Shown here: positions 1 through 12,757 of the stretch, piece after piece | How positions within the stretch are numbered: the stretch's first letter is position 1 | Layout of the letters: every line of letters begins with the position of its first letter | NCBI GenBank assembly: GCA_002269645.1 | Contig: NIVC01002159.1 | Location: forward strand, 16,394 to 80,393 | Reading direction: 5' to 3' | Length of the DNA: 64,000 nt | DNA from: Macrostomum lignano | Lineage: Eukaryota | Notes under the pieces: model-generated | Told to the model about the DNA's origin: nothing | The model's database searches: none | What the model saw: the letters and a program-made list of their open reading frames with translations, nothing else | Program-made: the position numbers and the translations under genes

Positions 1-46
1 AGAGAATACTTGCTTTTCGTCTGCTGCACAAAAGAGATTACATGTA

Positions 47-1130
47 TCACTGCAGGTAATTATCACTGCAGGTAATTATCACTGCAGGTAATTATCACTG
101 CAGGTAATTATCCCTGCAGGTAATTATCACTGCAGGTAATTATCCCTGCAGGTAGTTATCACTGCAGGTAATTATCACTGCAGGTAATTATCACTGCAGG
201 TAATTATCACTGCAGGTAATTATCACTGCAGGTAATTATCACTGCAGGTAATTATCCCTGCAGGTAGTTATCACTGCAGGTAATTATCACTGCAGGTAAT
301 TATCACTGCAGGTAATTATCACTGCAGGTAATTATCCCTGCAGGTAGTTATCACTGCAGGTAATTATCACTGCAGGTAATTATCACTGCAGGTAATTATC
401 CCTGCAGGTAATTATCACTGCAGGTAATTATCACTGCAGGTAATTATCACTGCAGGTAATTATCACTGCAGGTAATTATCACTGCAGGTAATTATCACTG
501 CAGGTAATTATCACTGCAGGTAATTCTCACTGCAGGTAATCATCACTGCAGGTAATCATCACTGCAGGTAATCATCACTGCAGGTAATTATCACTGCAGG
601 TAATTATCACTGCAGGTAATTATCACTGCAGGTAATTATCACTGCAGGTAATTATCACTGCAGGTAATTATCACTGCAGGTAATTATCACTGCAGGTAAT
701 TATCACTGCAGGTAATTATCACTGCAGGTAATTATCACTGCAGGTAATTATCACTGCAGGTAATTATCACTGCAGGTAATTATCACTGCAGGTAATTATC
801 ACTGCAGGTAATTCTCACTGCAGGTAATCATCACTGCAGGTAATCATCACTGCAGGTAATCATCACTGCAGGTAATTATCACTGCAGGTAATTATCACTG
901 CAGGTAATTATCACTGCAGGTAATTATCACTGCAGGTAATTATCACTGCAGGTAATTATCACTGCAGGTAATTATCACTGCAGGTAATTATCACTGCAGG
1001 TAATTATCACTGCAGGTAATTATCACTGCAGGTAATTATCACTGCAGGTAATTATCACTGCAGGTAATTATCACTGCAGGTAATTATCACTGCAGGTAAT
1101 TATCACTGCAGGTAATTATCACTGCAGGCA
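47..1130. repeat. 16-bp minisatellite (TCACTGCAGGTAATTA)n, about 67 copies
   Basis: Near-perfect 16-bp period with rare variants (tccctgcag, gtagtta, taatcatc). Confidence 0.98.
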
Positions 1131-1388
1131 ATTATCGCGCAACCGCTTACTTGAGGGCAAATTTACTAGCCTAAATGTTTTGGGTATAGGGCGAAAACCG
1201 GCTGAGCCTTCCGCCCCAAATCCTCTTTCTAACCCCCTGTCCCAGCTTGCATCCAATTGGCTGGCTCCCGTTGATCGTATAAAACTGTTCATAGAGTCGG
1301 GCAGAAACAAAAGAGGGGCTTTGAAAAAAGAGAAAAAAGCAGTTTATTGGAAATAACAGAAGACACAAATTAGCAAAGCAGAAGACAG

Positions 1389-1582
1389 ATGGATAGAGCG
1401 ATGCAGGAGCAGCGGCACAAGCAGCATCAGCAGCAGCGCCGGTCTCAGACTCAGGCCCTGCCTCCAAAACCCCCGCCAAAGACTTACCTGATTGCATTGC
1501 AGCACCGCACGGCTGCCACCAGCCCGACGCCGCAGTCACAGCCGCCTTTGTCGCCTCAGTCTCCGGCAGCAGCAACACTTGG
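1389..1582 (+). CDS. Candidate first coding exon (MDRAMQEQRHKQHQQQ...PAAATL), possibly of the RhoGEF gene
   Basis: ATG with an upstream in-frame TAG (1371), Q/P-rich ORF, GG|GTGAGT donor at 1583. It ends in phase 2, compatible with the acceptor at 11025. The link to the RhoGEF is unproven. Confidence 0.4.
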
Positions 1583-2084
1583 GTGAGTTTGTCGAAACGG
1601 AATGTTTTGCTAAATGAAATAATCAAATCATCATATTTCTAAATTTAGTTATTTTGATGTGCTTCCCTTGTCTCTGCGCCTGTCGAGCTCCGAGCCCCAA
1701 CAGACGCCCTGTCTGTAGTGGAATTAGTAATTACTGGCTCAGACACCGCATGCAGATGTTCGTTTGAATCAGCTGCAAGCTGGAATAATGAATATTCATT
1801 AATCCTACAGGTTGGTAGCTAAGGTTCAGTGCCACAATTCTGCACTATTAGTAAAAGACACTACTGTGCAGTCAATGAAAAAAGTGACTTGGTCTCTCGC
1901 ACTGTGTAAGACGGTGGGATCTGTCCATACAGATCCAAACAGGACTTCATACTGGCTGTCTTGCGATACATTTGCGATAACTAATGGGATATTGGGGAAT
2001 GGGAGACAGTCAAAACAGGGATGCATTGTGACTGTAAGACTGGGATGCGGTGAGACAAGAAATTACTAAGTGAGGATGGGAGAC

Positions 2085-3935
2085 TGAGAGAGGAGAGGGA
2101 GCCAGAATGAGGAGAGGGAGACAGAGAGGAGAGGGAGACAAGAGAGGAGAGGGAGACAAGAGAGGAGAGGGAGACAAGAGAGGAGAGGGAGACAAGAGAG
2201 GAGAGGGAGACAAGAGAGGAGAGGGAGACAAGAGAGGAGAGGGAGACAAGAGAGGAGAGGGAGACAAGAGAGGAGAGGGAGACAAGAGAGGAGAGGGAGA
2301 CAAGAGAGGAGAGGGAGACAAGAGAGGAGAGGGAGACAAGAGAGGAGAGGGAGACAAGAGAGGAGAGGGAGACAAGAGAGGAGAGGGAGACAAGAGAGGA
2401 GAGGGAGACAAGAGAGGAGAGGGAGACAAGAGAGGAGAGGGAGACAAGAGAGGAGAGGGAGCCAAGAGAGGAGAGGGAGACAAGAGAGGAGAGGGAGACA
2501 AGAGAGGAGAGGGAGACAAGAGAGGAGAGGGAGACAAGAGAGGAGAGGGAGCCAGAGAGAGAGGGAGACAAGAGAGGAGAGGGAGCCAGAGAGAGGAGAG
2601 GGAACCAGAGAGAGGAGAGGGAACCAGAGAGAGGAGGGAGACAAGAGAGGAGAGGGAGCCAAGAGAGGAGAGGGAGACAAGAGAGGAGAGGGAGACAAGA
2701 GAGGAGAGGGAGACAAGAGAGGAGAGGGAGACAAGAGAGGAGAGGGAGCCAGAGAGAGAGGGAGACAAGAGAGGAGAGGGAGCCAGAGAGAGGAGAGGGA
2801 ACCAGAGAGAGGAGGGAGACAAGAGAGGAGAGGGAGACAAGAGAGGAGAGGGAGACAAGAGAGGAGAGGGAGACAAGAGAGGAGAGGGAGACAAGAGAGG
2901 AGAGGGAGCCAGAGAGAGAGGGAGACAAGAGAGGAGAGGGAGCCAGAGAGAGGAGAGGGAACCAGAGAGAGGAGAGGGAACCAGAGAGAGGAGGGAGACA
3001 AGAGAGGAGAGGGAGACAAGAGAGGAGAGGGAGACAAGAGAGGAGAGGGAGACAAGAGAGGAGAGGGAGACAAGAGAGGAGAGGGAGACAAGAGAGGAGA
3101 GGGAGACAAGAGAGGAGAGGGAGACAAGAGAGGAGAGGGAGACAAGAGAGGAGAGGGAGCCAGAGAGAGGAGAGGGAGCCAGAGAGAGGAGAGGGAGTCC
3201 AGAGAGGAGAGGGAGTCCAGAGAGGAGAGGGAGTCCAGAGAGGAGAGGGAGACAAGAGAGGAGAGGGAGCCAGAGAGAGAGGAAGACAAGAGAGGAGAGG
3301 GAACCAGAGAGAGGAGAGGGAACCAGAGAGAGGAGGGAGACAAGAGAGGAGAGGGAGACAAGAGAGGAGAGGGAGACAAGAGAGGAGAGGGAGACAAGAG
3401 AGGAGAGGGAGCCAGAGAGAGGAGAGGGAGCCAGAGAGAGGAGAGGGAGTCCAGAGAGGAGAGGGAGTCCAGAGAGGAGAGGGAGTCCAGAGAGGAGAGG
3501 GAGTCCAGAGAGGAGAGGGAGTCCAGAGAGGAGAGGGAGCCAGAGAGAGAGGGAGACAAGAGAGGAGAGGGAGCCAGAGAGAGGAGAGGGAACCAGAGAG
3601 AGGAGAGGGAACCAGAGAGAGGAGGGAGACAAGAGAGGAGAGGGAGACAAGAGAGGAGAGGGAGACAAGAGAGGAGAGGGAGACAAGAGAGGAGAGGGAG
3701 ACAAGAGAGGAGAGGGAGACAAGAGAGGAGAGGGAGACAAGAGAGGAGAGGGAGACAAGAGAGGAGAGGGAGACAAGAGAGGAGAGGGAGACAAGAGAGG
3801 AGAGGGAGACAAGAGAGGAGAGGGAGCCAGAGAGAGGAGAGGGAGCCAGAGAGAGGAGAGGGAGCCAGAGAGAGGAGAGGGAGCCAGAGAGAGGAGAGGG
3901 AGTCCAGAGAGGAGAGGGAGTCCAGAGAGGAGGCG
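2085..3935. repeat. 18-bp purine-rich minisatellite (GAGGGAGACAAGAGAGGA)n with variant blocks
   Basis: 18-bp period; source of the RGEGDK / LLSCLP pseudo-ORFs. Confidence 0.97.
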
Positions 3936-4811
3936 GAGAAGCGGTGAGAAGAGATACACGGGGAGAAGTACAAGGGCAAAGGTAGGGAGCAGCGAACAGA
4001 TGGAGATGGGCGAGATAGGCAGGAACGTTAGACAGGGGAAGATATTGTAGAAAGTCAGAACGGTGCGGCAGGCCGGAGGCGCAGCGCAGTCCCTGTGTTT
4101 ACTCCAGCTGGGCCTGATGGGATCCGAGGCAGAGCCCTTTGCGGCATCGAATTTCCCATGCTCCCCCCCGCGCAGCGCAACAGCGTTCGACCATTTTGTG
4201 TTCGGATTTCAAGCCAGTCGAACGTTTGATAATTTTGTTCAAGCAGCCGGAGCCATGCTGGCCATTTTGCCCAAGGCCAGGCGAACGGGACAAAGTGTCT
4301 GTTCACTTGTGATTAATAATAATATCCCTGCTACTCTTGATTATCTCCCTGATAATCCCAAATGCGAATTAGCGCATGCAAGGTGGAGATTTAAAAATTG
4401 GGAATGTTGGTGACTTATGCTGAACTTTCATGCCCCAGTTCGCAGCGATTGCATAATTGAAAAAAGTGCAAAAGGCCCGCTGGTTTTGGCTTTCAATAAA
4501 TCCCTCCGGGGGGGGCCTAGGCTGGGGTCGGTGCTCGGTCCTTTCAATCAACCCGCTCGCAGGGGGATTATTTATGCAGCATCCATGCAGCCCTCGGACA
4601 CTTCCCCGACCATCTGCCAAGGTTGCTTGGTGCTTCTTTCTGCTTTGGCTTTCTTTGCTGCTTGAAGCAGTTGGCTTTGGGTGGTCGCCGTGTTATCTTA
4701 TAATTCTCCTTAATCCTCCTATTTATGGTCAGAGTGAGGCGGCGGGAGAATTCTAGGAATTCGGTTGTTGCGATTCGAGACAAATGAAAAGCATATAATT
4801 CAATCAGCCGA

Positions 4812-6566
4812 TCGATCAGTATATTCGATATGTTGAGCAGTAAACTTTCTAGACGATGTATTGACCTAGCTGAATCAGCCGATATGTTGCGCAGTAATCT
4901 TAATAAAGGATGTATTGACCTAGCTGAATCAGCCGATATGTTGCGCAGTAATCTTAATAAAGGATGTATTGACCTAGCCGAATCAGCCGATATGTTGCGC
5001 AGTAAACTTAATAAAGGATGTATTGACCTAGCCGAATCAGCCGATATGTTGTGCAGTAAACTTAATAAAGGATGTATTGACCTAGCTGAATCAGCCGATA
5101 TGTTGCGCAGTAAACTTAATAAAGGATGTATTGACCTAGCCGAATCAGCCGATATGTTGCGCAGTAAACTTAATAAAGGATGTATTGACCTAGCTCAATC
5201 GGCCGATATGTTGCGCAGTAATCTTAATAAAGGATGTATTGACCTAGCCGAATCAGCCGATATGTTGCGCAGTAAACTTAATAAAGGATGTATTGACCTA
5301 GCCGAATCAGCCGATATGTTGCGCAGTAAACTTAATAAAGGATGTATTGACCTAGCCGAATCAGCCGATATGTTGCGCAGTAAACTTAATAAAGGATGTA
5401 TTGACCTAGCCGAATCAGCCGATATGTTGTGCAGTAAACTTAATAAAGGATGTATTGACCTAGCTGAATCAGCCGATATGTTGCGCAGTAAACTTAATAA
5501 AGGATGTATTGACCTAGCCGAATCAGCCGATATGTTGCGCAGTAAACTTAATAAAGGATGTATTGACCTAGCTCAATCGCCCGATATGTTGAGCAGTAAA
5601 CTTAATAAAAGATGTATTGACCTAGCTGAATTGGCTGATATGTTGCGCAGTAAACTTAATAAAGGATGATTGACCTAGCTGAATCGGCCGATATGTTGAG
5701 CAGTAAATTTAATAAAGGATGTATTGACCTAGCCGAATCAGCCGATATGTTGCGCAGTAAACTTAATAAAGGATGTATTGACCTAGCCGAATCAGCCGAT
5801 ATGTTGTGCAGTAAACTTAATAAAGGATGTATTGACCTAGCTGAATCAGCCGATATGTTGCGCAGTAAACTTCATAAAGGATGTATTGACCTAGCCGAAT
5901 CAGCCGATATGTTGCGCAGTAAACTTAATAAAGGATGTATTGACCTAGCTCAATCGGCCGATATGTTGCGCTGTAAACTTAATAAAGGATGTATTGACCT
6001 AGCTGAATCGCCCGATATGTTGAGCAGTAAACTTAATAAAAGATGTATTGACCTAGCTGAATCGGCTGATATGTTGCGCAGTAAACTTAATAAAGGATGT
6101 ATTGACCTAGCTCAATCGGCCGATATGTTGCGCTGTAAACTTAATAAAGGATGTATTGACCTAGCTGAATCGCCCGATATGTTGAGCAGTAAACTTAATA
6201 AAAGATGTATTGACCTAGCTGAATCGGCTGATATGTTGCGCAGTAAACTTAATAAAGGATGATTGACCTAGCTGAATCGGCCGATATGTTGAGCAGTAAA
6301 TTTAATAAAGGATGTATTGACCTAGCTGAATCAGCCGATATGTTGCGCAGTAAACTTAATAAAGGATGTATTGACCTAGCTGAATCGGCCGATATGTTGA
6401 GCAGTAAACTTAATAAAGGATGTATTGACCTAGCTGAATCGGCCGATATGTTGAGCAGTAAACTTAATAAAGGACGTATTGACCTAGCCGAATCAGCCGA
6501 TATGTTGTGCAGTAAACTTAATAAAGGATGTATTGACCTAGCTGAATCAGCCGATATGTTGCGCAG
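4812..6566. repeat. 54-bp minisatellite (GGATGTATTGACCTAGCCGAATCAGCCGATATGTTGCGCAGTAAACTTAATAAA)n
   Basis: 54-bp period, about 32 copies; 1-nt deletions near 5668 and 6261. Confidence 0.97.
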
Positions 6567-6999
6567 AAATAGAAAATTTATTAAAAAAAGAGAAAATCGG
6601 CCGAGAAAATTCTGATAAATTCCAGAAACTTTCGAACCAAAAGCCATTATCTCCCAATAGATAAAATGTCTTCTTTAAAAGCAGCAATTTATTGGACAGC
6701 TGAGCGCAAAGTTCAAAGAAATGAAAGCAGAACACAAGCGGCGAGACCCAAGTCTTCAGCGGCTTTCTTTGAAGTTTAACTGCGGGTCGATTTTCCGACC
6801 CCTTTGATGTTCAAAGCTCAATTAATAATAATATAGCTACTGCTATTAATATTATCTTGATGCTCGTCTAAGCAAAGCTCGAGTCTGACTTGGCTGCGAC
6901 TGCCTGTCGCTCTGCTGTGCGTTTCAAGTCTAAAGAGGGGAGAGTTCAGAGCAAGTTGGTCTTCACCCGGTCTGCCCAGACCAGTTTGTTCCCACTCAC

Positions 7000-7815
7000 C
7001 CACACAGTGTCTGACCCACACAGTGTTTGACCCAGAATGAATCTGGCCCACTCAGTGCCTGACCCACAGTGTCTGACCCACACAGTCTGACCCACAGTGT
7101 CTGACCCACACAGTGTCTGACCCACACAGTGTCTGACCCACAGTGTCTGACCCTCACAGTGTCTGACCCACACAGTGTCTGACCCACACAGTGTCTGACC
7201 TACTCAGTGTCTGACCCAGAATCAATCTGACCCACTCAGTGTCTGACCCACTCAGTGTCTGACCCACTCCGTGTCTGACCTACTCAGTGTCTGACCCACT
7301 CAGTGTCTGACCCACTCAATTTTTGACCCACACAGTGTCTGACCCACTCAGTGTCTGACCCACACAGTGTCTGACCCAGACTGAATCTGACCCACACAGT
7401 GTCTGACCCAGAATGAATCTGACCCACACAGTGTCTAACCCAGACTGAATCTGACCCACACAGTGTCTGACCCAGAATGAATCTGACCCACACAGTGTCT
7501 GACCCAGAATGAATCTGACCCACACAGTGTCTGACCTAGAATGAATCTGACCCACACAGTGTCTGACCCAGAATGAATCTGACCCACACAGTGTCTGACC
7601 CAGAATGAATCTGACCCACACAGTGTCTGACCCAGAATGAATCTGACCCACACAGTGTCTGACCCAGAATGAATCTGACCCACACAGTGTCTGACCCAGA
7701 ATGAATCTGACCCACACAGTGTCTGACCCACACAGTGTCTGACCTACTCAGTGTCTGACCCACACAGTTTCTGACCCAGACTGAATCTGACCCACACAGT
7801 GTCTGACCCACTCAG
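7000..7815. repeat. 16-bp minisatellite with an alternating 32-bp dimer (CACACAGTGTCTGACC / CAGAATGAATCTGACC)
   Basis: Two 16-mers share TCTGACC and alternate in the array centre. Confidence 0.95.
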
Positions 7816-8544
7816 TGCCTGTAAGTCTGACAGGTGTTTACTTGCATTCCGTCTGTATCCCAGCAGCGCACCTCATTCTACTGTTAAACTATTGAAGTCT
7901 GCATCTTTGGCAATGCAAAAAGTAAAGTTAGCAATAAAATCAAATTCTGCAAGCACAACTATAATTAAGTTACATCTCTTTCGCCTCTCTCCCCCCCCCC
8001 ACAGTTCATATTCGCCAAGCCTATCCTTGCCTCAAGGGGGGGGGGCAACTCGAGGCCCTGGCTTAAGGCGTGTCTGAATTTATTTAAGCTTTTCCAGATT
8101 AATTAATGCCCAACGCCTCAGTTTAACTTTCTACTGATTAGTCCTAATTGCCTACGCTAGGCTGCTCTTACGAATACGAGCTGTGCACGGGCCAGAAATT
8201 CGATGAGGTAGGCTGGCTGGTGTATGGCTGGTTGGCCCTTTTCCGATACACATTAAAGGCACAGTAAAGCTTTGCAATGAGCTGCGGCTGCTGCTGCTGC
8301 TGCTGCACTTGGGGCAACTGTAGCGGTTCCGCAGTCAGGCTCTCACTGTGTCTGCAGGGGGCAGTGGGATCCAGGTCTCTATCCCGAACTACTGCGGCTG
8401 AGTGACTCACCCCCATGGAACTGTGCTGTGCGCCACAATATCGCGAATCACTTATTCGTTACTCATGAGCTCACTTATAAACTCATCATAACCTCACTCT
8501 TGAACTCAATTATAAACTCACTTTTACAACTCGTTCGTGAACCC

Positions 8545-9360
8545 ATTCATGAACTCACTCAGGAAGTCATTCATGAACTCACTCAGGAAGTCATTTATGA
8601 ACTTACTCAGTGACTCATTCATGAACTCACTCAGGAAGTCATTCATGAACTCACTCAGGAAGTCATTCATGAACATACTCAGTGACTCATTCATGAACTC
8701 ACTCAGGAAGTCATTCATGAACTCACTCAGGAAGTCATTCATGAACTTACTCAGTGACTCATTCATGAACTCACTCAGGAAGTCATTCATGAACTCACTC
8801 AGGAAGTCATTCATGAACTCACTCAGGAAGTCATTCATGAACATACTCAGTGACTCATTCATGAACTCACTCAGGAAGTCATTCATGAACTCACTCAGTG
8901 ACTCATTCATGAACTCACTCAGGAAGTCATTCATGAACTCACTCAGTGACTCATTCATGAACTCACTCAGGAAGTCATTCATGAACTCACTCAGGAAATC
9001 ATTCATGAACACACTCAGTGACTCATTTATGAACACACTCAGTGACTCATTCATGAACTCACTCAGTGACTCATTCATGAACACACTCAGTGACTCATTC
9101 ATGAACACACTCAGTGACTCATTCATGAACACACTCAGTGACTCATTCATTAAGTCACTCAGTGACTCATTCATGAACTCACTCAGTGACTCATTCATGA
9201 ACACACTCAGTGACTCATTCATGAACACACTCAGTGACTCATTCATGAACACACTCAGTGACTCATTCATGAACACACTCAGTGACTCATTCATGAACAC
9301 ACTCAGTGACTCATTCATGAACACACTCAGTGACTCAGTCATGAACTCACTCAGGAACTC
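8545..9360. repeat. 24-bp minisatellite (ACTCACTCAGGAAGTCATTCATGA / ACACACTCAGTGACTCATTCATGA)
   Basis: 24-bp period; the variant composition changes from left to right. Confidence 0.96.
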
Positions 9361-9974
9361 ATTAATCTATTACAATAGACAATGTGGCAGTAATTCTAAT
9401 TATAATTTTTCTAGATTACTATACAGAATAACTTGGCTCAGAATAGGCATAAGCCGCCTGTATCCAGTTCAGAGCGCGCCTGTCTGCATAAGCCCCCTTA
9501 ATTCAGCTTTATAGCAGGTCTCTGACCAGCATTGATATTCTGTATCTACCACCAAGTAGCGCTCATCCATGCATTCAATGCGTTCGCACTTGTCTGGCTT
9601 CAGTGTTTTTATAGTATCGTATGTATATAAATGTGTGTGTGTTCCCAGCCAAGCCCTAATAGCGGACTTATTAGCTGAATTTGGTGCAGCGGAACGGTGG
9701 GTAGGCTAAATTCGGTTTAAATAGCGCTATAAATTTTGCCAAATCTGTTGAGGCCACGTGTCAGTCATTGCTGGTTCATCATTTATATCTTTATGAAAAG
9801 TGTTTTTCCAATTTCTGTCGTTGCTATGTTACCCCACAAGAGCTTAAGGTAAGTTTTTTAAAAGTAAAGGCACATTAATTTAAAAGTTTTGTGGGTACTC
9901 TGCTTGCCGTTAGGAAAATGATTGGAGCAGATTGACTGCTCAAGGATCTGTGGAATTAATTAGTCTGGCTGCCC

Positions 9975-10932
9975 GCTCTCTATCCACTTTCTATCATATC
10001 TCTATCCGCTCTCTATCCGCTCTCTATCCGCTCACTATCCGCTCACTATCCGCTCACTATCCGCTCACTATCCGCTCACTATCCGCTCACTATCCGCTCA
10101 CTATCCGCTCACTATCCGCTCTCTATCCGCTCACTATCCTCTCCCTATCCGCTCCCTATCCGCTCACTATTCGCTCACTATCCGCTCACTATCCGCTCAC
10201 TATCCGCTCTTTATCCGCTCTTTATCCGCTCACTATCCGCTCACTATCCGCTCACTATCCGCTCACTATCCGCTCTTTATCCGCTCACTATCCGCTCCCT
10301 ATCCGCTCACTATCCGCTCCCTATCCGCTCTTTATCCGCTCACTATCCGCTCACTATCCGCTCTTTATCCGCTCACTATCCGCTCACTATCCGCTCACTA
10401 TCCGCTCACTATCCGCTCTTTATCCGCTCACTATCCGCTCACTATCCGCTCCCTATCCGCTCACTATCCGCTCTTTATCCGCTCACTATCCGCTCACTAT
10501 CCGCTCTTTATCCGCTCACTATCCGCTCTTTATCCGCTCCCTATCCGCTCACTATCCGCTCTTTATCCGCTCACTATCCGCTCACTATCCGCTCACTATC
10601 CGCTCACTATTCGCTCTCTATCCGCTCTTTATCCGCTCACTATCCGCTCACTATCCGCTCCCTATCCGCTCACTATCCGCTCTTTATCCGCTCACTATCC
10701 GCTCACTATCCGCTCCCTATCCGCTCACTATCCGCTCTTTATCCGCTCCCTATCCGCTCACTATCCGCTCTTTATCCGCTCACTATCCGCTCACTATCCG
10801 CTCACTATCCGCTCACTATTCGCTCTCTATCCGCTCTTTATCAGCTCTACATCCGCTCACTATCCGCTCACTATCCGCTCACTATCCGCTCACTATTCGC
10901 TCTCTATCCGCTCTTTATCAGCTCTACATCCG
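9975..10932. repeat. 11-bp minisatellite (TATCCGCTCAC)n
   Basis: 11-bp period with cac/ccc/ctt/ctc variants. Confidence 0.96.
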
Positions 10933-11025
10933 CTGTATATCGTGTCTGAATTAGAAATTCGAGCAAGCACTTGTCAATTGATCAATTTTTAATATTCAAA
11001 GCCAATTTTTAATTTCCTCAATCAG

Positions 11026-11287
11026 ACAAAGTCCGGAAACCCCGACTCTGGGCAGCAGCCCCGTCACAACGGCCGCCCCCGCCAGTCCAACGCCGTCGTC
11101 CGCGGAGTCCCTGGCCGACCTGGACGCCCTGACCCGCGAAGCCGCCAGCAGAAACGATTCGTGGGCCAACGCCCAGGAGAAGAAGCTGCTGAAGCAGTGC
11201 GGCGAGAAGCTTGTGCGGCGATGCAACTTTGTCTACGAGCTGGTGTCCACGGAGATCAACCACCTGCGCAACATCCGGGCGATGCAG
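11026..11287 (+). CDS. RhoGEF (Lbc/GEF-H1/ARHGEF18/28/AKAP13 family) exon, start of the DH domain
   Basis: atcag| acceptor and CAG|GTGAGA donor. Encodes DSWANAQEKKLLKQCGEKLVRRCNFVYELVSTEINHLRNIRAMQ, matching the family pattern DSW...VIYELxQTExHHVRTLKIM (recalled). Confidence 0.9.
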
Positions 11288-11324
11288 GTGAGACTGACCG
11301 TTCAGGTTCCTTGTCTTCGTCTCT

Positions 11325-11925
11325 GTGCATCCGCTCTCCATCCGCTCTCTATCCGCTCTCTCCGCTCTCTATCCGCTCTCCATCCGCTCTCTATCCGCTC
11401 TCCATCCGCTCTCTATCCGCTCTCCATCCGCTCTCTATCCGCTCTCTATCCGCTCTCCATCCGCTCTCTATCCGCTCTCCATCCGCTCTCTATCCGCTCT
11501 CCATCCGCTCTCTATCCGCTCTCCATCCGCTCTCTATCCGCTCTCCATCCGCTCTCTATCCGCTCTCCATCCGCTCTCTATCCGCTCTCCATCCGCTCTC
11601 TATCCGCTCTCCATCCGCTCTCTATCCGCTCTCCATCCGCTCTCTATCCGCTCTCCATCCGCTCTCTATCCGCTCTCCATCCGCTCTCTATCCAACCTAT
11701 TTGCTCTCTATCCGCTCACTATCCGCTCACTATCCGCTCTCTATCCTCTATCCATCCGCTTTCCATCCGCTTTCCATCCGCTCTCCATCCGCTCTCCATC
11801 CGCTCTCCATCCGCTCTCCATCCGCTCTCCATCCGCTCTCCATCCGCTCTCCATCTGCTCTCCGTCTGTTTTCTATCCGCTCTCCTTCCACTCTCGAATC
11901 TGATCTCCAACCGCTCTCCATCCGT
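11325..11925. repeat. 11-bp intronic minisatellite alternating TATCCGCTCTC / CATCCGCTCTC
   Basis: Fills intron 11288-11956; related to the 9975-10932 array. Confidence 0.95.
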
Positions 11926-11956
11926 TCACCTTGGCGTCCTCGCCGCCCGCCCGCAG

Positions 11957-12352
11957 GTTGTATTCCGAGAGCCCCTTCGCCGTCTGCCGCCCAGCGCCGC
12001 CATCTCGGCCGCCGAGATCGAAGCGCTGTTCCCTCAGCTGGACCTGCTGGAGCGCCTGCACTCCGGCCTGCTGGCCGACCTGCGCCGCTGCGAGCCGCCG
12101 GCCGTCCTGACCAAAGCGACTCTGCCGCCAGCCGCCGACTGGGCCGGACTGGCCGGCCTCGGGGCCGCCCTGCGCCGCCACCTGTCCGGACCGGCCGGTA
12201 CTGATTGGCTAACGGCCTATGGCGGATTCTGCTTTGAGCACACCGTCACCCTGCAGCCTGGGTTGGCCGCCCTCACAGCCAGGAGTGCCGGCTTCGCCAA
12301 CGCGCTCAGAGACTGCGAGCGGAGTCCGCAGGCGGGGAGGAAAACCCTGCTG
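11957..12352 (+). CDS. RhoGEF exon, DH domain
   Basis: ccgcag| acceptor, CTG|GTGGGT donor, phase 0/0. Encodes VVFREPLRR...IEALFPQLDLLERLHSGLLADL...AYGGFC. Confidence 0.9.
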
Positions 12353-12404
12353 GTGGGTTCTCGGGCTGTGAGGGAGGCGGGGCGGGGAGGTTTAGTGTAA
12401 ATAA

Positions 12405-12675
12405 TCGTTTTGAGTCGGTTTTTGTTGGTTTGAATCGGTTTCAGTCGATTTGAGTCGATTTGAGTTGATTTGAGTTGGTTTGAATTGGTTTGAGTTGGTT
12501 TGAATCGGTTTGAGTCGATTTGAGTCGATTTGAGTTGATTTGAGTTGGTTTGAATTGGTTTGAGTTGGTTTGAGTCGATTTGAGTCGATTTGAGTTGGTT
12601 TGAGTCGTTTTGAATTGATTTGAGTTGGTTTGAGTCGGTTTAAATCGGTTTGAGTTGGTTTGAGTGGTTTGAGTC
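12405..12675. repeat. 10-bp intronic minisatellite (TTTGAGTCGA / TTTGAGTTGG)n
   Basis: 10-bp period inside intron 12353-12757. Confidence 0.9.
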
Positions 12676-12757
12676 AGCTCGGACAGTTCAAGTGGCTCCC
12701 CTGTGAAGTCCTGCACTGTCAGCCAGCCGCTGCACCCGCCGCCACTGCCACCACCAG

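Noticed and set aside
1981-4050. 424-649 aa ORFs (RGEGDK / LLSCLP repeats)
   Set aside because: Several frames on both strands are open because the 18-bp unit lacks stops; no unique coding sequence.
4830-6615. GCIDLAESADMLRSKLNK repeat ORFs as a real repeat protein
   Set aside because: Broken by two frameshifts, confined to the array, no recognisable family.
8524-10954. Long ORFs in the 24-bp and 11-bp arrays
   Set aside because: Pure minisatellite translation.
11213-12400. Single 395-aa ORF as a gene
   Set aside because: It reads through the 669-nt intron 11288-11956, which is in frame by chance; canonical splice sites restore the DH domain.
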